A stretch of DNA of 64,000 nucleotides from Chiloscyllium plagiosum (lineage: Eukaryota). The stretch's first letter is position 1, and each line of letters starts with the position of its first letter. The stretch lies in the NCBI RefSeq assembly GCF_004010195.1, contig NC_057753.1, forward strand, positions 1,166,890 to 1,230,889, given 5' to 3'. Below, piece by piece: positions 1 through 12,460 of the stretch. Below the pieces are notes generated by a model, which had not been told where the DNA came from, made no database searches, and saw only the letters and a list, made by a program, of their open reading frames with translations. The translations under genes were made by a program, and so were the position numbers.

Positions 1-3000
1 GCACAGTATGCAAGAATATTAAATAGTTTCTTCCCATGCCCGTCTAAAGATAGTAAATTCGGTAGTCCTAAGAGGAGAGATATCAGGTCTACTTTGACTT
101 CAATCCTCAATACCCTCCCTATCCCGCCACTGCGCTCCAATAAACACAGAGCCTGTGGCATGTCCAGAAACAATGGGTAAGAGTACCTACACTTATTTTA
201 CATTTGGGGCGTCTACTTTGACTTCAATCCTCAATACCCTCCCTATCCCGCCACTGCGCTCCAATAAACACAGAGCCTGTGGCATGTCCAGAAACAATGG
301 GTAAGAGTACCTACACTTATTTTACATTTGGGGCACACTGAAGATGCCCCTTTTGAAAACTTCGCCAGATGGTCTGGTTCCAAATGAGCCCTGTGCAGAA
401 CTTTTAACCGGGTAGCGCATGTCCTGTTACAGATTGAGATCTTTCGAATATTCTCCCATATGTTCTCCCATGTTTCAGAAGAGATCTCCACTCCCAGCTC
501 TTGCTCCCAGACCTCACATAATCGGTTAATATCCTGCCAGGCCCTGCCGCCCAGCAGGCGATAGAGGGCACTAACCGAAAGGGTGCTTGTGGAGCGGAGG
601 AACAACCTCTCTGTATCGGGCTTACAGGGCTTCGTGAGAAGCGTAGTCTTCTTCTGGATGAAATCCCTAACCTGAAAAAACGGAAAAGGTTTCTGCTGGG
701 CAACCCGTATTTGCTGCTCAGTTGCTCAAAAGACATCATAACCTCCCTCTCAAACAAGTCTCCCAAACTAGAAACTCCTCTCGCTGCCCATAGTTTGAAC
801 CCTGATTCCATTATCCCTGGTCGGAACCCTGGCATGCCAACTATAGGTGTAAATGGTGAAGTCTTGGATAAACAACCCTCACTCTGACGCATCGCCCTCC
901 ATGCCTTGACTGTACTAATGCCAATGGGGTTCCGGCAGTAGTCCATAACTGTCCTCATCTTATCCATGAACAATAGATTAATAAGAGGGCAATTTGCTTG
1001 GGAGGCCTCGATATCCAGCCATATTGAGTTTGGATCGTTACCTACCCAATCGCAGACAAAGGACAGCAGGGAACTCAATTGATAACTTATGAGGACTGGG
1101 GAATCAACTCCTCCCCTCCTTGAGGCAACTGCAATTTAAGACGTTTGATGAGGGGCGCCCACGATGCTAGACAAATGAACCAAACCACTCCATAAGCTTC
1201 TGCAGCGTTGACCTGGGAAACATTATAGGGCGCATACGCATGGGATAAAGCAAACGAGGATGAACATTCATCTTGATGAGAGATATTTGGCCCAGCGATG
1301 AAATTGGAAGAGCCTCCCATCTCTGGANNNNNNNNNNNNNNNNNNNNNNNNNNNNNNNNNNNNNNNNNNNNNNNNNNNNNNNNNNNNNNNNNNNNNNNNN
1401 NNNNNNNNNNNNNNNNNNNNNNNNNNNNNNNNNNNNNNNNNNNNNNNNNNNNNNNNNNNNNNNNNNNNNNNNNNNNNNNNNNNNNNNNNNNNNNNNNNNN
1501 NNNNNNNNNNNNNNNNNNNNNNNNNNNNNNNNNNNNNNNNNNNNNNNNNNNNNNNNNNNNNNNNNNNNNNNNNNNNNNNNNNNNNNNNNNNNNNNNNNNN
1601 NNNNNNNNNNNNNNNNNNNNNNNNNNNNNNNNNNNNNNNNNNNNNNNNNNNNNNNNNNNNNNNNNNNNNNNNNNNNNNNNNNNNNNNNNNNNNNNNNNNN
1701 NNNNNNNNNNNNNNNNNNNNNNNNNNNNNNNNNNNNNNNNNNNNNNNNNNNNNNNNNNNNNNNNNNNNNNNNNNNNNNNNNNNNNNNNNNNNNNNNNNNN
1801 NNNNNNNNNNNNNNNNNNNNNNNCAACACCCTTTCCAATCTCAGCGCCAGGATCTTGGGCAGAATCTTGAAGTCTGAATTTAATAGAGAGATGGGCCTGT
1901 ATGAGGGACAATCCTCAGGAACCTTCCCCTCCTTAAGAATTAAGGAAATATTAGCTTATCTCAAAGATGGTGGTAGGTGTTCATGCATATAGGAGTGATT
2001 GCACGTCTCCAACACTGGTCCTGACAGAATCCCTATAAACCCCTTATAAAACTCACCTGGAAGACCATCACCAGGCGCTTTCCCACTCTGGAGTTGCCTA
2101 GCTGCCGCCTGTATTTCCTGAACTGTCAAGGGGGGCATTAAGGAGCGAGGCCTGTTCCAAGGTTACCCCGGGAGGTCCAGGTTCTTAAAAAAAGGTCTCA
2201 ATTTTAGCCCTCCTGTCTTCGCAACCTTCAGACCAATACAATTCAGAGTAAAAGCTCCGAAGAGCCTCATTAATCTTTTTAGCATCATATGCAACGACCC
2301 CGGCGATGTCTCTGATTGCAGTAATGGATTGGGGAGCACGCTTTTTCCTAGTCAGGTATGCTAAATACTTTCCTGGCCTATCCCCATATTCGAACAGCTA
2401 CTATTTAGCAAAAGCAAGTTCTTTCTTTGCGTTTTGTGTCAGTATTGAATTCAAGTCAGCCTGAAGGACCGTGATCCCCTGTAGCTTAGTCACCAAAGCC
2501 CGCGCAAAATGTGCCGCCTCCTCGGCTTTCAACCGAGTCTCAAGTAGACGCTGCTGTTCCTCCTTCTGTCGTTTCCAGTTAGCCGAATAGGAAATAGCTA
2601 ATCCCCAAGCAAAGGCCTTAGTAGTCTACAAGCCGTGCCTGATTTGATAGTCAAGAATTTCTGAAACTTCTTCAAACAGTATTCCACAAATTTGGAATCG
2701 TTAAGGAGAAAAGGGTGCAAACGCCAGTGCCGCAAACCTAGCCTTTCACTCTTGGCCTTAACCTCCAAATATACTGCCGCATGATCAGAGATAGCTATAT
2801 TCCCAATTTTACAACTCATAATCGATTTCAAAAGGGCCGAGGGAGCCAGAAATAGGTCAATCCTCGTGTGACATTTATGTGGGTTTGAAAAAAAAGTTAA
2901 AGTTACTGCCGGCAGGGTGAAGACATCTCCAAATATCCTCCATATCCAACTCCTCACATAAGTCAACCAACTGCTTGGCCTGCGAAAAAATCGTTGGGGG

Positions 3001-5262
3001 TCCACAAGGCATCCTGTCCACTGTCGGATCCAAAAGACAATTAAATTCCCCCCCCCCATATTAACGTGCCGTATTCCAAAAGCACTCAACTTAGAGAAAG
3101 CACTAATCAAAAATTTGAGGGGATGTGCCATAGTTCAGTAGACGTTTAAAATGTCGTATTCCTCCCATGTATCAGGGCTTTAAGTATCACAAACCGTCCC
3201 TGCTCATCTTTCACCTGTTCTAATAATATGAATGGAAGATTTTTCTGAATAAGTCCTGCCTCTCCCCTACTTTTAGTAGTAAAGGATGAAAAGAATACCC
3301 GGTCATAACCCCCCTGTTGTAAACTCAGGTGTTCCTCATCATCAAGATGGGTTTCTGGCAACAAAGCGACATCAACCCTTTCCCTCTAAGGCTGGAAAGC
3401 ACTTTTTTCCTTTTAATAGGCGAATGCCTTCTCTTAATGTTCCAGGTGTACCATTTAATAAGACACTTAGCCATATCAATGTTCCAGGTGTACCATTTAA
3501 TAAGACACTTAGCCATATCCCCTTTCAGGCACCCTTGAACTCATCGGATGGAGAACCCTGCTTACAAAGCGCCAAACATAAATAAATAAAGACTCATAGA
3601 ATCGAAGAACAATATATACAAAAACTGCTCCATCATAACTATAAACAACTATTGCTATAAAAAAAAACTACAAAGAAAACCAACTATCGAACCTTGAATG
3701 GAAGACTCTTCCCCCTGCCCATAGTGGGCACTCACCCTATCTATCCCCTCCTGCACAGCTCCTTCAAACATGGACTGTGCCCCAGCCTTCGGCCAGAAAA
3801 AAACAAGGAGATGATCCTTTAATCAAAAGACAAAGTCAGGATGAGCACTCCACCCACCCCTGGCTTCATGTCATCCCTAATTGTGACTAAAAGAGAAGCA
3901 GAACAAACCAAAAAAAAAGAGACAACAAAGAACCTCCACAAAATTTCCCATCAGAAAATCCAGTTATTAAAAAAAGGAACAACTTACTCGAAAATCTTTT
4001 CCCCTCTTTCCAAAAAGGAAATTAGTATGGAGAAAGAAAGGAATAAAAAAATGAAGGGAAAACATGGGGAAAAATAGAAAAGAGAACAAACATCAACACA
4101 ACTTACTCGAAAATCTTTTCCCCTCTTTCCAAAAAGGAAATTATTATGGAGAAAGAAAGGAATTAAAAAATGAAGGAAAAACATGGGGAAAAATAGAAAA
4201 GAGAACAAACATCAACCATATTCTTCATGCCAATCCGTCTATTTTAAAGCGTCCACAAAGTTTTTAGCCTTATCCACTGAATCAAATGTATAAACTGAGT
4301 TCTTATGGCTGAAACGAAGTACTGCGGGGAATCTCATGGAGTACTGGATACCATGGTTCCTCAGCCTCTTTTTAACTTAATCGAAGGACTTCCTCATTCG
4401 GATTACAGCTGCTGAGAAATCCTGGGAAAAACATGATTTTTGACCCCTTGTACAGCAGCGCCTGCGGATCTTTTCCCAGGGATCTGGAAGCTTCTATGAC
4501 TTTTTGCTTGAACTTGTATGAGGACTGGGACTGGGCGGGGATGCTGCACCCACCCTGACCTGTGCACTGTAACCCGATACGCCCTTTCAATCTGAAGCCT
4601 TCTGGACTCGATGTGAAGGCCCAAAACATTCGGCAGCCAGTTTTCAAAGAAGCTGACTGCCTGCTCATCTTCCTCACCTTCAGAGAGCCCGACAATTCGG
4701 AGATTTATCCTCCGACCTCGATTTTCGAGGTCGTCGATATGGTTTCGCAAGGCCCAAACCTCTCGCTCCAGCACCTGGATCCAACTGGATGAGGACTCAA
4801 TCGCAGCTTCCGAGGCCTTAGTTCGACCCTCCACCTCCTCCAACCCCTCCCCGAGGCCCTTGATCTCCTATTCGTGCTTCTGCAGCATGGATGCAATAGG
4901 TAAGACCTGGGCACGAATCTCCCCACTGATTTCCTCAATCGCAGCTGCAACTTTCAAGATAAGTCTCTCCATCACCGCAGCCAATTCCCGTGAGTATGTC
5001 AGGTCCCTGGGGAGTTCAGGAGAGGCTGCTGCTGCTGCAGTCTCTGGTGTTGTAGGTGCTCCAGGGAGTGTCCTCCCTGCTGCTATTTGCTTGCTCCTTT
5101 TCCCTTTGGCATCTTTCCCACTCCCAAATATTAACAAATATGTGTTCTGTAAGATTTTAAACTAATATTTCCTCCATGTAAGTTGGCCAGGGATGGCAAA
5201 AAACACCGGGTCAGGCGGAGCTGTCCACAACAGTTCGACAGAATCGCCGCCAACTTGCCGAG
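1..5262 (-). mobile_element. Decayed L1-clade LINE (ORF1, spacer, ORF2); 3' end runs off the window
   Basis: ORF1 pieces 4372-5137 with the L1 ORF1 motif DDLENRGRRINLRIVGLSEGEE. ORF2 endonuclease pieces (TWNI at about 3500; LPETHL; HTRIDLFL; ISDHAAV). RT-proximal SGKAPGDGLPGEFYK (1956-2138). C-terminal zinc knuckle CPKCKISVGTLTHCFWTC (243-605). Many frameshifts. Confidence 0.9.
1328..1823. other. Assembly gap (run of N)
   Basis: 496 consecutive N inside the L1 RT region. Confidence 1.
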
Positions 5263-5885
5263 TCGTCTAAGTCATTTCTAAAAGTGACAAACAGCAGTGG
5301 TCCCAAAACAGATCCCTGTGGTACACCACTAGTAACTGGGCACCAGGCTGAATATTTTCCATCAATTACCACTCGCTGCCTTCTTTCAAAAAGCCAGTTT
5401 CTAATCCAAACTGCTAAATCACCCTCAATCCCGTGCCTCTGCATTTTGTCCAACAGCCTAATATGTGGAACCTTATCAAAGGATTTACTGAAGTCCATGT
5501 ACACCTCGTCAACTGCCCTACCCTCATCTACATGCTTGGTAATCTTTTCAAAAAACTCTATGACGTTTGTGAGACACGATCTGCTCTTGACGAAACCATG
5601 TTGACTATCTGAAATGAAATGGTTGTTTGCTAGATGATTATAAATCCTATCTCTTATAATTCTTTTTAAAATCTTTCCTACAACAGAAGTAAGGCTCACT
5701 GGTCGAAAATTACCTGGGTCGTCGCTACTGCCCTTCTTGAACAAGGACACAGCATTTTCAATCCTCCAGTCCTCTGATACTAAACGTGAAGAAAATGACT
5801 GCTGAAGTTTCAAAGCCAAAGGCTCCGTTATCTCATCCATAGCTTCCCAGAGAATCCTTGGATATATCTCATTCGGCCCAGGGAA
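5263..5885 (-). mobile_element. CR1-type LINE RT fragment, abutted by the L1 5' end
   Basis: ORF 5211-5840: NFRPVSLTSVVGK, QHGFVKSRSCLTN, YMDFSKSFDKVPH, SGVPQGSVLGPLLF. Confidence 0.9.
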
Positions 5886-8099
5886 TGTTGACGGATTTTA
5901 ACATTGCAATGACAATGAAAGAACATTGATTATATGATAAAAAAGCAGCAATGTTCAAAGCCAGTTTGCATATTAAATATATTGTTGGCTGCCCTTCTTT
6001 TCCACAGACTGAACAATTGAGCAGAAGTCCTTATTGATTGTGACAGTTCATTTAAATAAATCAGTCCAAATATAGACTTGTCTGCAAATCTGATTAAAGT
6101 ATATTTAAAAGAAGATAAGTTCAAGCTTGTGCTACATTATAGGTCGAGACAGCACAAGGTCTTAATAGTGTCCTGAAAGTGCATCTGTCCCTTTTAAAGC
6201 AAATTTCATTTTGATATACCAGTATACAGCAAGTTACATGGTAATTCTGATCGATACCAAATTTGAAAGTTCGCATTATATTGGCAGAAAGGGTAAAATT
6301 CATATTTAAAGTATAAGTAAACCTATGTTGTTTTTTGTCCAGCATTTTTTGGCTTCTAGTCAATGGAGCATTTAAAAATGTTTTTACAAGAGCCCAAGAA
6401 TTTTCCTTTTATTTTGATGCCCCTGAAAAACCTATGAGTAAATTCCCTGAATAATGCTTACTGATTGTTTGAAGAATTAAGTCAGTATTGGCGGTTTCAC
6501 TCCCGGGCAGGTATGACAGTCTTCAGTTCCTGTTTCGTTTCTGCAATGATACTAGATCTTGAGATTGGAAGAATTTAAGTGGATGTTTCTCCATTTACAT
6601 TTGTAACGAAAAATATGCAAAGTTGGATTTATGAACGTAAGGCTTTCTTGAAGATTCCCTGTTCTGAATCACTGATGTAATTGTCATCAACATTTAGCTT
6701 CGAACATCTCTTTTTTCTACAGAATAACGAGTAGAGGGAATCCTTGGTAATGCCACCTAATGGCCACAAGAATGTTTACTTCCTGGTGTAAATTTTGTTT
6801 TGGACTGTTCTGTAAAGTCATTTTGAAATTAGTTCCATGCATTTTTGCACTAATCGTAATACCTGCACCTGGTGTATTTGAGGAATTCGAGATTACTATT
6901 CTGGAATTCTATCTATGAGTTCAAGGGTGAGATAGGATAGACTTTTCTGTTACATTTCGTTTAAATGCCATGATCATTAACTAAGGCCGGGATCAGAAAC
7001 TCTGCCACTCTAGCAATATCCTACCTGATCATATGAGCAGTCAGTGATTTAACGTCAATTATGTTTTGATTTATGCTATTCAATTGCTGCAGTTCGTTGG
7101 TTTGTTGCATTTACATAAAATTCTATTTAACACTAATGCATAAAGAAGTAGAATTTAACGTGCAATTTTACAGCAGAAGTTAAGCAAACAGTTCCATTGC
7201 TTAACTCAGGCTGTATCGGGATGCAAGGAGAAGTGCAGTCACTGGCAATCGTGCCACTAATCTATGGTCTTCACTAACGAAGGTACATGTACAAACCGGA
7301 AGTAAACTTCTGGATGAGCAATGTTGAGTTCAGCTACAGAAACAAATGCAGAATGAGAACTGAGTCAAAAATAGGGCAAGACTGATTATAATCATGCTGA
7401 CCAGTCGAAAAGCATACAGTATAAATCGATCCTTGTCAAGAAACGCGAGGACATGTTTTCAGGTGAACTGTTTTTGACTCACAGTAAATTTTTATCTTAA
7501 CATGATTTCATTTTCTTCATAAAAATTTACAGGAGCATTTGCACAAAGTGAATAACTTCATAATTCAGTTGCGTACACCATTTCCCCGGATTGATTCATT
7601 CTGAAAAGAAATCTCTGTGCAACAGCATTGAACAGAACAGTTTAAATCCAAATATAATTTACATTTATGTTCAATGTTTCCAGTCTTTATATGAAAATGA
7701 AAACTTTTGTTTTCAATGAAGATAGTTTAACATTAGCAGTACGTTAAGATATTTAAAGCAATCTCCTGGCTTTATGTCACTTTAAGCCTTCGTGATTTAA
7801 ATAGTTGTCGATGATTTTTGATATATTTTGCTTTGAAGCAAGAGCAGACATTGCTTTAATTATCTTACGTTGCTTTTCTCCTCGATGATCATTGGCGAGC
7901 TATAAATTTGGCGCAGAAATGAGCAACACTAGGATGAGTGACAAGAACTGTTCGTTTTTTTATATTAGGCAATGTTGTCACTTGGAAAGGGTATGTTATT
8001 TTTCCATCTCGAATAGTCCTAAAACGTGTTAGTGACTTTTAATGTCGCTTTGAAATGGTGTCACAGACCATTCAGTTGCGTCAATGTCGAGAAAGTTGC

Positions 8100-8885
8100 C
8101 AACTGATTCCAGGCAGGCAAAGGGCACCAAATAAGACATATGAAATGACAAAGAAAACCCAGCCATGTCGAACCTGCATGTCCTAATCTCTTTTATCTGG
8201 GGATTAATGAGTTAAAAATTAGCCCGACATTGTCATATGCACAGAATCAATATCCCAACACCTCCATCACCAACTCTAAGTTATTAATTTCCAACTGCTA
8301 GGTATACCCAGCAGAGTTGGTGGCAGAGTGGAAATACAGTCGGGAGCCAGTTGCTCTTATGGTCTAAAACATTGACTCTGGATTTCATAAAGTCTACTAA
8401 GACCAGGTTAAAAAAATGTAAACCAACATCCTCAGTAGTCGAACCTGTGCTCACCGAAGTTGAACACTAACTGAAAGAAACACTGGAGATCGCAAGATCT
8501 ATCAGCATGTGGTGAGGTAACCAACAACAAGGGAAAACATTTTTGATCTCATCCTCATAAATCTGTCTGCTGCAAATGCACCTGGTCATGTTGGTATCAG
8601 TAAGAGTGCCTGGTGCACAGTCATGCCATCATAACACAATCTATTGTCAAAGTGAGTATACCAGTATTGTGATACATATGACTATCACCGTGACATATAG
8701 GATGACTAAGAACAGATCCAGCAATTCAGACAAGAGATCGATGAAGCGCCATTGACCATCATTACCAGAGAACTTACTCCAACAAAAGTGCAGCCTTGTC
8801 ATTCGGCAGAGCCAAACTGCGATAACCATCAAGTAAAGGGATAGACACTGATTCAATGTTGTGTGCACGAAGGAATGCTGGGAGA
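8100..8885 (+). mobile_element. Degraded non-LTR retrotransposon, endonuclease-region fragment
   Basis: Near 8520-8610 the sequence reads as a decayed PTxGKxxxDLILxNL-type AP-endonuclease end. Family not resolved. Confidence 0.45.
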
Positions 8886-8904
8886 AGCAACGGGGATACT
8901 TGAC

Positions 8905-9070
8905 TGGGTTCGATTTCAGCCTTCGGCGACTACCTGTGTGGAGTTTTCATGTTGTCTCCATGTCTGCATGGGTTCCCTCCCACAGACCAAACGTGTGCAG
9001 ATTAAGGTGCTTGGCCAGGCCAAGATTTGCCCGTACAGGTGTGCAGGGTTGGTGGATTAGCCATGGTTAA
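8905..9070 (+). mobile_element. HE1/V-SINE-like SINE fragment
   Basis: gggttcgatt...tgtgtggagtttt...gtgtgcag...gtggattagccatg matches the other SINE copies in the window. Confidence 0.7.
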
Positions 9071-9619
9071 AAACCCCATGACGGCTTATGGAATGGCGCT
9101 GCGGGTGGGGTGTGTTTCAGGAATGTAAAGGAGGCATTTCAAGGAATGTGACATTAAGAAGCCCTCACAAAACATGAGCCAATGGGAACTACGATTAAAT
9201 ATGAAAATCAAAAATACAAGAATTGAAGCACAAAATCTGATTCGATGTATTGAATGACTTAATTCTGCTCATATATCTGTTGGTCTTGCAGTCTTATGGC
9301 CTAATGACGTTTCAAATGCTTATGCTAGTATGCTTTAAAGATTTTTCACGTATAGACATTGTATTCTGGCCAACCACAACTTTTTGATGAAATTTTCTTT
9401 TCTGAAATCCCTCGTAAAAATCAATCCCTTAACCTGAAAGCTTTGCCTACTCGTTACTGACCCTTCAACTGAAGAAAAACACCTCTTCATATCCACTCTG
9501 TACATGGCCCTCATAGTCTTCGGAATCTCACGAAGGCTCCCCCAGCCTTTCTTCACATCTAAAATATCCCAATCAGGAAACATCCTGGCACGTGTCCTTT
9601 GCACCACTCCAATGAAGGT

Positions 9620-9800
9620 CCGAGCAAAAGCCGAAATTGTGGAAAATATCACCAGGTATAGTTCTGAAGAAAGGTCACTGGACTCGAAACGTTAATTATG
9701 ATTTCTGTCCACAGATGCGGCCAGATCTGCTGAGATTCTTCAGAAAATCTGCCTTTGATTCATATTTCCAGCATTCACAGTTATTTCGTTGCTTTTTGTC
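9620..9800 (+). mobile_element. Short Penelope-derived element with a minimal hammerhead motif
   Basis: CTGAAGA (9664-9670), stem AGGTC/GACTC, GAAACGTT (9686-9693), followed by the cagatgcggccagatctgctgag...ccagca tail shared with other copies. Confidence 0.65.
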
Positions 9801-10099
9801 GACTGCACGTTCATCTTTCTGATAATGTGGGGACCAGAACTGCAAGCAGTATTCTAGCTGTGCTCTAAACAACGTTTTACAGTTTCAGCATAATCTCCCC
9901 ACTCTTAGAATGTATGCCACGATTCAAAGAGGCATGTATCCATCTTAACTTCACCTGCCACTTTCAGGGATCTATGGTCAACCAACCCAGTTCCCTCTGT
10001 TCCTTGGAGCTTTCTAAGGACATGCTATACATTGGTACTCCCTTGTCTTATTACTCCTCCCAATGTACTCCACCTCGCACTTCAAAGAGGAAGCATGAT

Positions 10100-10520
10100 T
10101 TCTTATTAGTTAGGAAATAGTATTGGAGCAATTGATGAGATTAAAGTCCCCAAGGCCTAATGTTCTGCATCCCAGAGTACTTAAGGAAATGGCCCTAGAC
10201 ATGGTAGGTGATAATTTTCAAACATGCTGAAGAAACTGGGACCGTACCAATTGACTGGAGATTGATAATGTAACGCTACCCTTTACAAAAGGAGGGAGAG
10301 AGAAAGTGGTGAGTTATACATCAGTTACTCTGACAGTGGTGGTGGGGAAATGTTCGAGCTAATGATTATGGATGTCATAAGTGAGCATTTGGAAAGTGAT
10401 AGCAGATTCGGTCGTAGTCAGCATGGATTCACTAAAGATAAACCATGTTTGATAAATCTTTTATATTTTTTTGAGGATGAAACTAATAGAGTGAACGGGG
10501 TGAATCAGTAGGCGTTGGTT
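10100..10520 (+). mobile_element. Degraded CR1 LINE fragment
   Basis: Decayed LHPRVLKE...DWR...QHGFTK...CL coding remnants. Confidence 0.7.
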
Positions 10521-10709
10521 AGGTGTGATCGAAGAAACATTCTGTATACACTAGAATATAAACATTTAGTACGTATACAGATACATGGACTACAGTGAGT
10601 AAGTTTGCAATGGTAGAATTCTTGAAAGAAAGATGTTGTAAACTGGGCCAAAGGTTGTTGAAGGCACTTCTGATGCCAGTAGAAAACAGAAATTGAATGT
10701 CATTATTGA

Positions 10710-10892
10710 TAAGGAGAATTTGAGGACTGCAGATGCTGGAGATCAGAGTCATAAAGCGTGGTGTTGGAAAGGTATAGACAATCAGGCAGCATCCGAGGAT
10801 CAGGAGAATCGAAATTTCGAGCATAAGTTCATCATCAGGAATAGTCCTGATGAAGAGCGTACGCACAAAACGTCGGCTCTCCTGCTCCTCCT
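10710..10892. mobile_element. Inverted pair of Penelope terminal-repeat fragments
   Basis: Starts with the ggag...gaggactgcagatgctggagatcagagtc terminus. Two back-to-back CTGATGA cores lie on opposite strands (10838-10832 minus; 10847-10853 plus). Confidence 0.7.
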
Positions 10893-12119
10893 CATTACTG
10901 ATAAGACACATCTTGTACACATCGAAATAAATATTTTTTTTTGACAGGGATAAAGGAACCCACTCTACTGCAAATTGTTCTGTCGGTCTCTAAATAATGA
11001 ACGCGAAAGATGAGGCGGAAACATATAGCAAAATCAGGAAGATGCGCTAAAAATGTAGCTTATTCAGACTTGGGTAAATTTGTTGTCCAGTATTGGATGG
11101 CATAGAGTTACACAACTGGATAAAGAGGGAAATGAATACTGAACTCCTTCAGGGAATCTTCGATAATTATGGTATTTTTTAATCAATGAGAAGGGACACG
11201 GCTGGTAAAGGGGTTGGTCAAACTATAATAAGTCACATCATATTACAATTGAGTAGGAGTCATTATTCGAATTTAGAGATTCTAATGTCATTGCAGAAGA
11301 GAAAGAAACAATTTATACCGTGATGTCTCAGTTAAAAGAGGATTTTTTTTTCAATGCAGAGGAAAGGATTTAAGCAGAGCTTTGAAAAAAAATCCATAGT
11401 GGCATTAAATAGAGGTGACGAGGCTTTGGGTTACTTTTATTAAAGAGATGCTTCAGATAGTTATGGCACATTGCAGCAGCAGTGGAAATTAAGAAAGCTG
11501 AAAACAGATAATAAGGAGAATAATAAGGGAAACAATCATGGTGAGAAACAAAAAAAGTCAAAAAAAGTCCAACACCACGCTTTATGACTCTGATCTCCAG
11601 CATCTGCAGTATATCAAATCAATTATTGCAGGAAGAATGGATCAAAATGAATGTAGGTAGAATATCAGTCAACATAATAGATAACATAAAATAAAACACT
11701 AATGTTCTATTGGCATATAACGTCTACTGCGTTGAGTATAATCAGATTCTGAAAAGAATGCAGATCTTTCCAGATGCACATTTGTACATTGTACAAATAT
11801 TTACAAAGGAAGATGATGCCATAACAACGTGTAGGAAATATAAACAGTACAGGAAATGGATTGTGGTATAATTGAAAGAGTCGAGGAACTGGGAATTAGA
11901 CAAAGTACAAGAATGCAACAATCTGCCAAAAGTACAAATCAAAGAGAATATCATCAATCCTCACAACAAAATGGTTAGTAATTAAATGTCTGCAGTGGAA
12001 AATTATTCAAAACCAATAACCTGAGAAATTAAAATAAAAGGATAACAGAGTTGTTTTGAATTCACATTGCAATTCAGATTTGTAAAAAAAAAAACACAGA
12101 CAATGTTTGAGCAACTATT

Positions 12120-12460
12120 CATAGAAATCATAGATAACCTACAGTACAGAAACATTTGACCAAAGAAGTCCACATCGACCCTCCGAAGATTACCTCACCC
12201 AGACACATTCCCCCATTGCTCTGGATTTACCACTTATTAATGCGCCTACCCGAAACAACCCTGAACACTATGGGAAATTTAGTTTTGTCAGTTCACCTAA
12301 ACGGCACATCTTTGGAATGTGGGAGTAAACCAGAGCATCCACACAGTCACCAGGAGAATGCACAATCTCCCCACAGACAGTCGCCCGAGGCTGGAATCTA
12401 ACCTGGGCCCCGGCGCTGTGAGGGAACAGTGCTTGGCATTGAGCCAACGTGTCACCCGAT
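12120..12460 (-). mobile_element. HE1/V-SINE-like SINE
   Basis: Reverse complement of the tRNA-like head (12400-12458) and central domain (acagacagtcgcccgaggctggaat). Confidence 0.8.

Noticed and set aside
1087-1992. Long ORFs of 190-274 aa
   Set aside because: Artefacts of translating through the N gap.
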